Made by a program: the position numbers and the translations under genes. A DNA stretch of 63,537 nucleotides, counting the filler. It is 11 parts of 11 records of this genome, joined end to end, with 100 filler letters (N's around TTAATTAATTAA, not from the genome) between each part and the next. Parts side by side here need not be neighbours in the genome. Positions count along the whole stretch, not along the records: positions 28,579 to 36,780 come from SRR15195285_3621; positions 36,881 to 42,483 come from SRR15195285_3622; 9 more parts are not named here. One strand, given 5' to 3'. Under the pieces are notes generated by a model. That model made no database searches. It had not been told where the DNA came from and worked only from the letters and a program-made list of their open reading frames with translations. Within the stretch, counting starts at the first letter, position 1; each line of letters starts with the position of its first letter. Shown one piece after another: positions 32,001 through 42,583 of this stretch.

Positions 32001-34501
32001 GTGGACTGCCTGAGCAAAATTGGAACCTTGGCCTTGACGAGCCGGCATACTTAGAGGTGTTCACTGGCCAAGCTTTCGAGCTCCACGGTTGTGGGAAGAT
32101 AACGACAAAACCGTACCTTTGGCCGTCCGAAGAGCAGATGCATGGGAAGCACCTATTCGTCGACTTTGAGGGAGGATGTCTGAAAGTTGCACTTCTCGCT
32201 CATGATACAGGCAACGCGATCGCTCCCTTCACAGTCGCAAACTGTACTCCAATTCGCTGCACTAATGGGCGCGAATCTGCACTTGGAGAGCCTGTCTGGT
32301 GGCGCTCGAGCATGGGCATTGATGGAAGAGATCTAAGCAGCCTGGTCAAGACGGTGGGCAACGGTCACAGGCTAGCAGTGCGTCTACACTTCGAAGTTGA
32401 AAACGGGGCATTGTTCGGAGCTTACATAACAGACGCAATCCCGCAGAGCACTGAGCTCTCAGTCCCCGAAGTCACAGGGAGAGACCCGGCGGGGATGCAG
32501 CTAGCGTTCGATCTGAACGAGCAAACATTTATCGTGAACATCCCGACAGGGTTGAAATCGGGCGACAAGTTCACTACGACACTGCCTCCTCGCGCAGCAC
32601 GTCGCGGACCACCTGGCGGTCTGGGAGTCAATTTGACTTCGTCAAAGAACTTGAAGCAGCCAACCAAGTTGTGCACACAAGGGTTTCTGCCGCTGCCTTC
32701 GATGGAGATAGTCCGCGAACTGGTGCGCCTTGGGTTCGATGAACCTGTAAGTAAGCGTGCTGCATCTGAGACTGTTGGTGGAGGTCTGACGGCCGCGTCG
32801 AAGTGGGCGCAGCAAGCTCGTGGTGGCATGGTATCGACTCTGCGTGCTCCCCCGCGTCCACTCGCGGCTGGCCGATGGCGACTCGACAGCTGCCTTGCGC
32901 CGCTCGACCCGAATCGGTCCGGCTACCTTCTACTGGCGCACAACACAGAGCCCATCGAGTTGGCGCTTGTGGAAGAAGGGATCGGCCGGGTGGTGGGCAT
33001 ATGTGTTCGAGGGGGCAGCAACGTACACGAGAAAAACTCCAAGGCGGACGACAAGAAGGATACTAAGAGTGCTGTGGCAAAGACAGCAGACGTGGGTGGA
33101 ATAGTGTGCACAGCTCGGATGGGTGTGAACTCACAGTGGTTCGATTGGGCATCGTCGTTCGGCGAAATCTTCTGCCGACGGTACGCCGCGGAGCTAGGGC
33201 AGCCTACATTTATAGGCAAGAAACAAGTCCCGAGTGTGCAGATTGAGCGGCAAACAGTCAAGGGTGTGGACTTGCCTGTGGTGTTAGAAATTGGTGATGA
33301 AGTGCTGCTGAAGATAAGACTGCAGAAGCTGCCCTTAGCTCGCGATTGGCCGACTGGCGAGAAACGGACTGCTCGCACTCATGACGATGACTCTGTAGGT
33401 GAACTGGAGGATGACATGATACTGCAAGACACCGAGGTGCCGGTACTTATCGAAGGCTGGCGGGACTTGACCAGCCAGCTGAAGAAGGGGGAAGGGATGG
33501 TGGTGCATACGCCCTTTTCGGTCGGGCGCAGTTTCGTCAGCGAGCAGTTGATTCACAAGAAAATCTCTGCGCAGCGAACTGATAATGCGCCTGTAGAAGT
33601 TTCATCGGGCATGGCGATGGGCTACGAAGGCTGGGTTGCAGATCCTGAGCTGCATACAGTGACAGAAGAAATGCCTCCACCGTCTGCGTACAGTAGCGTT
33701 CGTGCAGCTCAGTCGTGCACTGCGTTGCCAGCTGGTGAGTACAGCTGGCCAGCAGCGAGCACTACAGCAGGGGCTTGGTGTGTGCGCGTGCTCGATGATG
33801 GCAGGATTGAACTTCGCTATGGTGGTGCTTCTAGTGCTGGTGCACCGGCGTGGGCTGCCAAGTTCGGCCTTTTGCTCAATCCGGATGGACACGTGCGTTG
33901 CTTGAACAGCCACGGCAAGCTACAAGAACTGCATCAACCTAGCGAGCTGAGTGTTGAGGGTAGCAAATCCCGACCGTTTGTCTTTTCGCCCAGCGTTGAT
34001 ACAGAGAACATTCCGAAGAGACCTAAGCAGAAAAAGTCCGGCGACGCTTCGAAGTCGAAAATTGTAGCGCCGGAACGACGAGATAAGCCGAAACGATCAG
34101 CAAGAGCGGTGGCTGAACGACTAGCAACTACAAAGGCCGCTGAAGATAGTGCGAAGGCAGCGGCGGCGTTCTTTGCTGGTGGGGCGCACCAAGCAGATTC
34201 CAAGCGTGGCCCACGTGCTAGTGGCGTAAATACTCGTGCCGTCCAGCAGGATGCCGAGGAGCAAACTCGTCAGCAGCGGTCGTTCTTCGACCGTGGAGTG
34301 AGCTCGCAGCAGGACTCCAAGCCAAGTAGACCTGGCGGGTTTGGTGCAAGTGGATTTGGTGGCGGCGCTGGATTTGGAGCTGGACCAGCGTCTGGAGCTG
34401 TGAGTGGGTCTGCTGGCTTTGGCGGTGCAGGTCGTCCGCAGGCACCGACAGGCACACGACTAGCGGAAGGGCGGCAGGCGGTGTCTCGCGGCTGGACCTA
34501 A
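29054..34501 (+). CDS. 1815-aa intronless ankyrin-repeat multidomain protein (ankyrins, TPR-like insert, beta-sandwich, UBA-like, Gly/Phe-rich tail)
   Basis: About 10 TPLH-type ankyrin units (RRTPLHLA, GNTPLHAA, GSTPLHLAA, GETPLHMA, HRTPLHAAA, GQTALHIVA). LVRLGF...A..W is UBA-like. Confidence 0.9.
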   Translation: MAEAEAAADEGGKEADVITVACPRGNSAGDLLLVEAEDGLEIEVEVPVGIEAGQEFEVSVQAALAAMKRSLVLQLEALDREQEGVAARQAAQDFPPSSGELEDIPPVSDPAANVATYEVGAVHATARDAFGDLVVVPQPGASESDTTAPMIASVPQQLPLDEGSGLVTAALVPGDELRSATERLNRMETGELPTEFITSPVLWKQKLEDAVEDAQRNDEQQRRWRVAQQLAHSSVSIYGSETPMDNDGATGTHSSGCGELEDCDIVAHAGEEVLKGVMHGMRVPDRFRCLFLPQSGQQTDSEKSATAGHRRQLAELFAIQIAEQLQRELTEVTVHRIHLENGGLTVEYQTTSQRHAHAPIVAPMSSPGDSERVAGGGTELHTYAAQGDEKSVRVLLDQGYTADTRDSRRRTPLHLAANFAVAKTLVQAGAPVNVVDRQGNTPLHAAVKPQIVVLLLEKGAKINAANKFGSTPLHLAAAGSSAVTEALLNAHPPADVHVRNSGGETPLHMATDAATVRLLAHAGCDVGVAIPRVEIVAPPARKFVRTKEQQRAFTRGVRLAAAGEWVEALRQWDALREGGECANEPLDPANPLWLACQRKCIEIEKSRGRLAQALDRLNQTIGLLCASDPTLLVERAAVLMDVGRLHDAHNDLETAGQVEFILDSGDAKGLSELREELAAMRAAALRTSFGAVHVRGHYTPLHTARNGEVVAALIQLRADVHAQTEFRVTPLHCACDAQAVQELIRAKAHVNASAVNHRTPLHAAAARQHGSQAIVKVLLEHKANPNAGDKYRERPLHLAHDPGVCQLLVEYKAKIDAQDVHGQTALHIVAAAAAKAELAVADSVDPREDVEQRVVDATMLRESAEQFTRDAVQQQHTRMIETLITLGASTKISSKSGDTAPDMALRLCARETARKLGANIADLEMDEKLESSSLPAKIPTDSEDSSQLLQDEQREEAELAHQSLQAERMQGIEEQRKRAARWRGLPEQNWNLGLDEPAYLEVFTGQAFELHGCGKITTKPYLWPSEEQMHGKHLFVDFEGGCLKVALLAHDTGNAIAPFTVANCTPIRCTNGRESALGEPVWWRSSMGIDGRDLSSLVKTVGNGHRLAVRLHFEVENGALFGAYITDAIPQSTELSVPEVTGRDPAGMQLAFDLNEQTFIVNIPTGLKSGDKFTTTLPPRAARRGPPGGLGVNLTSSKNLKQPTKLCTQGFLPLPSMEIVRELVRLGFDEPVSKRAASETVGGGLTAASKWAQQARGGMVSTLRAPPRPLAAGRWRLDSCLAPLDPNRSGYLLLAHNTEPIELALVEEGIGRVVGICVRGGSNVHEKNSKADDKKDTKSAVAKTADVGGIVCTARMGVNSQWFDWASSFGEIFCRRYAAELGQPTFIGKKQVPSVQIERQTVKGVDLPVVLEIGDEVLLKIRLQKLPLARDWPTGEKRTARTHDDDSVGELEDDMILQDTEVPVLIEGWRDLTSQLKKGEGMVVHTPFSVGRSFVSEQLIHKKISAQRTDNAPVEVSSGMAMGYEGWVADPELHTVTEEMPPPSAYSSVRAAQSCTALPAGEYSWPAASTTAGAWCVRVLDDGRIELRYGGASSAGAPAWAAKFGLLLNPDGHVRCLNSHGKLQELHQPSELSVEGSKSRPFVFSPSVDTENIPKRPKQKKSGDASKSKIVAPERRDKPKRSARAVAERLATTKAAEDSAKAAAAFFAGGAHQADSKRGPRASGVNTRAVQQDAEEQTRQQRSFFDRGVSSQQDSKPSRPGGFGASGFGGGAGFGAGPASGAVSGSAGFGGAGRPQAPTGTRLAEGRQAVSRGWT

Positions 34502-34624
34502 AGAGTGGCTACCTGCAGGTAGGATGACTGGTAATGGCCATACACCCGATGCATCTGTGCGCACGAATAACAAACATGATCTATAGACCTGCATTCGATC
34601 TTGACCGCATGAGCCTCGGCGGCT

Positions 34625-36605
34625 TCAGTCCATCCAGTCGAGGCCTGCGTCTGGCAGACCCATGAGCCTTCTCCGCGTGCGTGGTAGCTTCCCCTCACGG
34701 TCCAACCGCTCGAGCGTCTGTCTTGGCAACCCACAGCCGTGCCCGGCTGTGCGCGTTTGTGACGTACGGCAACCCATAATTACGCCGCGCCGTGACTCGT
34801 TGGCTAGATTTGGCATCGAAGTGTGCCAAATTGAAGTGTCCTGTGCATTCAAATCCACGGTAGCAAGCATCACGATTCAAAGGTACTATTGAAAGGCAAC
34901 CTCGCAAGTCATAATTGTTGTACAAGGCGAAAAGTATCTTGCGTGTATATGTTGGAATTATCCTAGGTGTGTGGTGGAACACTTTCATCATCGTCTTTCA
35001 AATGCCAGCTTTCTGATCAGCGGTAAGCAGTGCAAACCCACAAGCAGGTCGTTGCACACGGTTGCTGTGGCTTTCGTTGGAGGGCTGCGACCTAGGCTAT
35101 GCAACGCACAAAGAGTAGAGCCGTTCCAGCTTTAGCCTGTACAGTAATCTGGTTTGGCATGGAAGTATGTGGCAGCTCCGCGACTCCGCGTTGCCCTCCA
35201 GTAAAGTACTTGCCTGCGAGGGTCTGTGAAGGTCCCTGCTGTAGCCGATGCTACGTGCGACATAAAGCCATATAATCAACGCGAGGTGACCATGCCTGTT
35301 CGTACATCGGGAGAGGATCAACGGCCTCACCGATTTAGGAACTACTGCGGTCGCCCCACCGTTCGCCGCCACGTCCCAGAAATTCATCAGCACTTTGATT
35401 ACACGATAGTTCGGGAGCGGCCAATCGTCTGCCTGTTCGGTAAACAGACAGTGATCGGTTAATACCCCTCGACCGTGAGCCACAGTGGAACAAAGACAAG
35501 ACGTGTCTATGAAAACAGGGACAATTGTGTCAGGTACTGGTGGTTTGTCTCTGTGCCACGATATGTACCCCTCGTCATTATTTTCAGAAGGCACAGTCCG
35601 CGCTTGGAAGCCCCCCACCGACGCCACGCCATTGTAAGGTGACCCTTGCGGTTTGCGTTCTTCCGTGGTTATGCCGCCCAGACCGACGAGGAGTTCTAGC
35701 AGCGCTACCACCTGCTCGCGTACGAGCTTGTGTCAAACTACTGGCAGCAGTCAACACTGCACAGCATGAAAACAGGCGGGCGGATGTCGGACAAGCACCT
35801 TCGGCCGATCGATGAGGTTGAGAAACACGTCGTCCTGATCTAGGAAGTTTGGGATATCGACTGAGCAAGGACCAGCCGAATCGACAAATCTAAGCATTCG
35901 CGAAACTGGGATTCCGAATGGGGCATGGGTTGCGTGTGGCGTTCCCAGTTCTCACAGAAAGTTCTATACAACACGGCACCACGAGTAGTAGGCGCGGCAA
36001 TCGACGAAGCCGGTGCATTCTCAAAGAAGAGTCCATCAATCCCCTCGCCATGTTTGATATCTTCCGCCCACTGTTTCTGGATCGGCGCTGCAACTCTGAT
36101 CCACGCCGCTTGTATCTCCCGCAACAGCGTGGCGTCAATTGCGTCGGGGATGACCACAAACTGGGCAATCGATCATCCCGTCAGCGCAGGTGCAATGTCA
36201 ACAGCAGGCTGTACACGGGTGGCAAAAACTAACTCCGTTTCGCAGGAAGAACTGATACTGCGTCTTGACGGTGGGTGGGCAGCACTCCTCCAGCGTCAGC
36301 GGGTTTCGAGGGTCGAGACATTCCTGGAGGTCTCTCAGAGCAGTCGCAAGCCGGTACTGTCGCATGCCCACCGCCTCTGCCTCTCGAAGTCGCAGGCGTT
36401 CGAACTCATACTCCTCGACCGCGCCATCTGCGCGCTGTGCTAGCGGGTGTTCCAGGGCCAGAGCCGTGTCTGGATCCTCCGCCTCGACGAAGTACGTCTC
36501 CCGCGTGCTCCCTGTGCCTCGCGCAGCTCGTGCAGACTGCAGCGCGGTTGTGACGATACGCAGCCGCCTGCGCTGCCTTGTGTCGCAGACTGATGCCCCC
36601 ACCAT
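34625..36605 (-). CDS. Phytanoyl-CoA dioxygenase (PhyH)-family Fe/2OG dioxygenase, 7 exons
   Basis: Introns 36233-36161, 35955-35861, 35798-35712, 35537-35433, 35330-35251 and 35109-34841 give F.RNG-FVVIPDA, WHRD, GGATAVVPKS-H, AGTALLF-DTSIWHTSMPN...RR (HxD...H triad plus the 2OG-binding Arg). Confidence 0.9.
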
Positions 36606-37293
36606 ATCCGTCCCACGCACGCAAACCTTACGTATCAGCTACGCACCGCCGCGGTCGGTCCCGCGATCGAATGGGCTGAACGCCTGCCTGCGCGTGTACG
36701 GTACACGGCCGTACGCACTCGACTGTACGCGGTATACTGCGAGGCGAGGAGCGCACCGCTGTGGCCTGGCTCTGAGACGGNNNNNNNNNNNNNNNNNNNN
36801 NNNNNNNNNNNNNNNNNNNNNNNNTTAATTAATTAANNNNNNNNNNNNNNNNNNNNNNNNNNNNNNNNNNNNNNNNNNNNATAGAGGTCTGGTCCTCACA
36901 GTGTGACGATAGAATGAGAACGACGACTTAAACACATAAACATAAGTAGGGGCGAAGTTGTGAAAAGATTTACGACCTCTAGTGGGTATATCCCATGCGT
37001 AGGCAAATCAAGGAATGAGAGACATGAAACACGATTGCACCGTGGTACAAATCCAGAATGACTCTCCGCAAAATTCTGAATCTGGTGTCTTCGTAAATAC
37101 CTAGCCAGGTATGTACTTGCTATCGTTGTCAGCGGCAGGCCATTGTGACTAGCGGTCTTGCGTCAGCTGCAAAATTGTGCTACAAAGCTACGTGCTACAT
37201 TCACAGTACACACCAGTACACAAGCTCCACAGAGATGATACATGCAACTGCACAAAGCAATCCAACGAACTGCTGACTATCGGCTGGCATAGG

Positions 37294-38345
37294 CTAGCTA
37301 CTTTGACGCATTGCCCTGGTTGGACGAAAATTACACGCAATTTTTCTGGTGAATTCGTCGGAGTGCCACTCGTATCTGTCCCACCTTGGAAATTCAGCAG
37401 AACAACAGCTTGGCGAAATGCCGGATTCAAACGCAACTGTCTGACAAGCCATAAGACGGGACTTAAAACGCACGTCATCCCTCTAGGCACGAGGTAGCCC
37501 TCTCCGGCGGTGAACGTCGAGTCGATTCCATCTCCGTTGCGAATGGTGCAGCCCCCCTCGACCAGATAAGCAAACTCAATTTGGCCGTTCGGACACGGTG
37601 GATTCCCGGCGTGAGGGAGCGGCCGAGTGTGCATCGCTGTTGTATCCCAGAGAACGGACGTCATCTGCCCACTTTGGTCGGTGTAAAGATGTTTCAGGTG
37701 CTGTGTTGGAATGGTCCCAATATAACGCGACGTGTCGGACATGGTTGTGTCCACCAAGCTCGCCTCCTCGTCACCATCCACCGCTATGAGCGCAATTGGT
37801 GTGTTGACTGAGAACTCCGACGCCGGTGGCTGTGCACTAGTCGACACAACGGTAGAACTGAAGGACTCGAAGGCCGCAACAACTATCGCACCGGCGGGTT
37901 GCCTCCACGTGTACTGTGCACCTTCGGGAATAATGATGGCCTGCTCTGCAGTAGGCTCCACTACTTCGCCAGTGACGTTGCAAGAGATCGACACTGACCC
38001 GACACTCTCAGGCAGCAACATCAGAAACAGACATTTGTCGCTGGCCGGGATGGGAACGTCCATCACCGCTCCACGGACCTCCCACAAGCCAGCTGAAACC
38101 GCAGCACGCGTGTCGCTGTAATACGTGGCGATGCGCTGCTGCATCATGCCAGCTGGCAAAAGCCCACCAGGCTGCCACGGTGCAGTGGCTGATTGGAATC
38201 GAATCGGAAGCAGGTCGCGCTGGTTGTTTTTATGTGGGATATCGAGTGGCCCGAACATGTCCTGCACCAGGGGCAAGGCAGCAGTCGACGCATAGCTCGG
38301 TCGCAGGTCCTTGCTCAGCTGCCGCAGTCGGCGGCCGTGAGACAT
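37294..38345 (-). CDS. Cupin protein (Cupin_3/EutQ-like, probably two cupin domains); intron 37473-37376
   Basis: EFAYLVEGGCTIRNGDG...FTAGEGYLVPRGMT-YEWH...RK. A degenerate first copy reads SAGLWE...IIIPEGAQYTW. Confidence 0.8.
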
Positions 38346-38764
38346 GATCGACCTCACCGTGTGGGCGCTCTGGATGGATCCCGGCCAGGCTGAGGGTCCT
38401 ACTACAGTGAGTGTATGTGCAACCCGGATGCACGCAGCTCCAGCTAGAGTATTACCGTACTATGAACGTAGGAACGGCTGGCTCGCGCCGCCTCGTCCGG
38501 CCGCCTCGCTCGCCAGTGTGCGATCGGATGTCTGGTCGGCCGCGGATGTGTCTCTTCACTCTGACTCTCGCGCGTGTGTCGGGGTACGCCCGCCGTATAT
38601 TAATGCATACGCGCGCGCGGTGTGCCGTCGTCTTCGCGGCCGCCGGCGCGGGGCGCGACGCGTGCACGAGGACGACCTCGTCGTCGGGCCGCCGCGCCGG
38701 CGCCGCGCCCGCCGGGGAGGCGCAACCGCGGCGGGCGCCGGGGGTGTCGTCGTACAAGCCACCG

Positions 38765-40211
38765 ATGACGGTGTCCAGGCGGTTCGCAGCGATTGGCAAT
38801 GGCCTCTCCGCTTTACCGGCCGCCACCAGCGAACCCGCCTTCGTTCCACAGCCAGCGCTGATCGGTGCGCTCGATTGCATCCGGCGGTCCAGGCTAATGT
38901 ATATTATCGAAGTTGCTGCCACCACACTTGAAACCGCCCACCGGTGCATTCGCAATACAGCGCCTACATATTCACACACCTCTCGGGCTCACCGCTGACC
39001 ATACTGGCGACGTTGTGATCACGTGCTTCCTGCCTGCATGTAGGCGGCATCGTGATCCCGCTCTGGCCGGCTGGGTCACCCAAACTCGACCAAAAGCGGG
39101 TGCACGAGGAAGAGATTTACACCTACGCCAACCCACGCGGAAAGGTGGGTGGCGTGCAGAACATTCACAACCCGTCTTTGGAGGCCCATGTGCTGCCAGG
39201 CAGTGATAATGGAGGCTGCGTGATCTGCGTTCCCGGTGGCGGCCACGTCAGCATTGGTGTCTCCGGCAGCACCGATCTGGTCCCGTTTTTCGCGGGGTAT
39301 GGAGTCGCTACCGTCATTCTCCGCCCGCGCCTCCGCGGTGTTCCTGGCTCCGGGATTGACGGCTACAACATGACCACAGACGCCGTGTGGGACACTCAGC
39401 AGGCCATCCGTATCGTGCGCGCACATGCCAAAGAGTGGGGAGTCGACCCTCTCAAAATTGGCGTTGTCGGCTTCTCTGCTGGCGCTGAGCTGGCCGCGGC
39501 TGCCGGCCTGGAGTACGAATCATTCGACGAGAAGCACAACTACCGCGGCGACCCACTGGCGGGCGTAAGCTCGCGGCCCGATTTCATCGGGTTGCTGTAC
39601 CCAGGACCAACACCATTCGAGACTGTAGAGTCTCGCAAACTAGCGGGTCCACAGCATGGACAGTTTGACAAGCAGGGCTCTCGTTTGCATGGCATCAGCG
39701 ACCTTGTCGCCGACCAGCCCTCACCTGTTCCCCCAACTATTCCAGACAACATCCCACCATCATTCGCCGCCAGCCCAGGGGTCGGCGATCTCATCCACGC
39801 GTTGTGGGCAACCGAGTGGTTTACAGCCATGCTCAAAGCGGGGGTTCCGAACACCGAGCTGCACGTTTGTGTGTGACCTCTCTCTCTTTCTTTCTCTGTG
39901 TCTCTGTGTCTTCTTCGAGCCTACGGCTAAACCGTGACATGTTATACAACAGATGCCGACGGTACTCACGGTGGCAACTCGCACAAGATTCCCTTTTCTA
40001 CCTGGACAGCACGCTTCATGGAATGGTTCTCCGACCTGGGCTTTCTGGGGCCGCAGGGCGAGGAGACGCGCGCAGCGAAGCAGGTGCGAGGGTCGCACTT
40101 TCCCTATCCCTTCACTGCCTCATGTACACTGAGAAGTCCTCCGGCGAACAGGTGGCGGCTTTTGCGCGTGGCGAGCGCCAGAATGGTGTGGCCGGACAGA
40201 TCCGAAACTGA
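38765..40211 (+). CDS. Alpha/beta hydrolase (bacterial-type xylan/feruloyl esterase-like); introns 38865-39043, 39869-39952, 40084-40151
   Basis: VIPLWP, NIHNPS, PGGGH, D.QQAIRIVRAHAKEWGVDP.KIGVVGFSAG, SRPDF.GL.YP, ELHV-Y..G.HG. Confidence 0.9.
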
Positions 40212-40250
40212 ACGATAGTGTCATTGTGCAACCAGACTGATTCTATGTAC

Positions 40251-42086
40251 CTATGATAGTAGCAAAGAGATCAGTCGTTTTCGTGAACGTAGTGGCAGTG
40301 GCGAGGGTTTTCTAAGCTCTATATGAGCCGCGTCGGGAAAGCGCTCGGCTCCGTGAGATAGCCCTGCAAGCAATGGTGTCGCTGCGAATCGTTGCTGGTC
40401 GTTTTGTCTCTGCGGCGTCAACATCCAATCAGGGAAAAGATCAGTGGCACAGCTTACAGCGCACTGTGCTGCCCTAGCAGCAGCGCGACGTCGTGGTTGC
40501 TGCCCAAGCTCACCTGATCATCGTCATGTGGGCTTTGCCGCCTAATCTCTTCACGTTCCTCTTCGGCGATGGCACGCTCCTCCTTCGCCTGCAGGCACCA
40601 AGACAATGTTACTAGTAGCGGCAGGTGCATTCATCTCACCTTGTTGAAGCCATCCGATCAGATTCTGGCAAGCAGTCGGCCCGGCGTACACTCACCGCGA
40701 TGGTAGCTTGGACTTCGTTTTGCAGCCTTTCGGCCACCTGTGCTGCCTCGAAGCTCTCGCGGTCCTTGTCCATCCGCACACGCTCGAACTCTTTTTGCCG
40801 CTCTGCCGCTTCGAATGAAGCGTGCTCATGTTGCTGCAGCAGACACGGACAAAAGATGGTGCCTTCAGCAACAAGAGCAACAATACATGAGATGGTCAAA
40901 CGCGCGGACATATTCAGTGCTCACCCGCCACATCGCTGCAGCCTCCGCTTGTGTAGCGAGTTGTGCCTCCTTCCTCTTGCGCTCCTCAATTGCCTTGGCC
41001 TCTGCAGCAAGCCGTTCGTTCTCCTTTTCTGCAAGCTGCCTCAGTTCCACGTCGATACGCGCTTGCTCAATTTCATCCTCCTCCCGTTTCTGATTAGCGA
41101 CATCCTCTTGACAACGCTTCACGAGTCGACGTACAGTAGCTTCGGAGACGAAACGTCCTGGTGGCACGAGCCGCGGGGTACACAAATCTGACCGTCGCGC
41201 CGCACGATCATGGCGGATACTACGAAGTGAAATTTCTCGCCGCGTGGTTACCAATGCCGCGGTAGTGGTGCTCAGTTCTTCTAGTGACACGCCACTGGAG
41301 CCCACCGCAAGGCTATGTCCACTGTTCTGCGTTGCTACGTCGACGGAGCGCGTCGTCTCTTCGCCTGCAGGTAAGCGCAAAACAGCCTTGCGCGCGCAAG
41401 CGGCCAGCTCTGCAGATGTATCCACGGTGACCCGCTCGGTGTGGGTACGGCGGCGCCCCAAGCGATCGCCGCCGCGACCAGAGTACATCAGTCGACCGCG
41501 TGCAGCTGCGATACCGACAAAGGTCGAATCCAGTGAGCACAGCACACTACACTCACGACGACAAGAGCACGCATCGCACTGTAGGTCAGGGAACGTCATA
41601 CTCACCGACCGGTCGGGGAGAGCCAGAGTGGCTGAAGCGGACGTGCATAACGTGGCCGGTAGAACTGGTGTCCGAGGTAGAGCTCGAAGCAGATCCACCT
41701 GCGCCGTCCACATCGATCCAGCCCATCGGGTTGCGGATCACGCCCGGCGGACGGTACGTAGACAGACCCGTTAGGGCATAGTCGTCCAGGTTCCGCCGCA
41801 CGGGCTGATCGGGTATCGTCAGCCTTGCGTCAAGCCGCCCAGACCACTCCGTCGCCGCGGGTGGGGGCAGTGGGCGCGGAGCGCTCACCGGACGCAAGGC
41901 CATTGCCGCGGAGAGCGCGTCTCTCGCGGGCACAACTGGCGGCACCGGCACCCGGACCTGGTCGCGAATCGAGCCACCGGCGACGCCGGATGAGCGCTTG
42001 CGATCGCTTGCGGAGCGATACTTCGGGAAGGCCACCGCATCCCCGCGTGTGATCTCCTGGTGCCCTTCGAACAGCAGTGTCGACAT
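40251..42086 (-). CDS. Hypothetical coiled-coil protein, about 5 exons
   Basis: GTGAG donors and CAG acceptors chain ORFs 41586..42086, 40865..41713, 40636..40911 and two short 3' exons. E/R/Q-rich. Confidence 0.65.
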
Positions 42087-42583
42087 CGCGCGACGGAGCG
42101 TCGCCTTCCGCGCGCGCGCACGCGAGCGACCGCGCGCGCGCGCGCGAGTCGGTCGGAGCAGATGAACACACGTTGAGCGTTTCTGATTCTGAATCTTGGT
42201 TTGGTTTGGAAGTTGGATCCAATTTTTCGCTGCTGATCTGCCTGACGGTATCGGCTACCGTGTACAAATTCGGTGTGCCCAGGTTGACGCTCCGGAATCG
42301 ATACATGAAATCATACATGAACGTTGAACCCGCGCGGTGATAGTTCTCAAATTCGCCCAAAAAATGCAGACGGAGACGCAGCCAGCGGCTCGCGATCTCA
42401 CGTGGTGGCTTGACGTTGGGTCAAGCCCCGCGTACGCACGTAAAAGGGGTCTTCAGAATGGTACAATTTTCCAATACAGACTGNNNNNNNNNNNNNNNNN
42501 NNNNNNNNNNNNNNNNNNNNNNNNNNNTTAATTAATTAANNNNNNNNNNNNNNNNNNNNNNNNNNNNNNNNNNNNNNNNNNNN

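Noticed and set aside
34841..35109. Box C/D snoRNA in the long last PhyH intron
   Set aside because: ATGATGA is present, but I found no downstream CTGA D box or terminal stem.
42408..42428. Hairpin GGCTTGAC-GTTGG-GTCAAGCC as tRNA or ncRNA
   Set aside because: An isolated 8-bp stem with no cloverleaf or Pol III boxes. It may belong to a repeat at the contig end.
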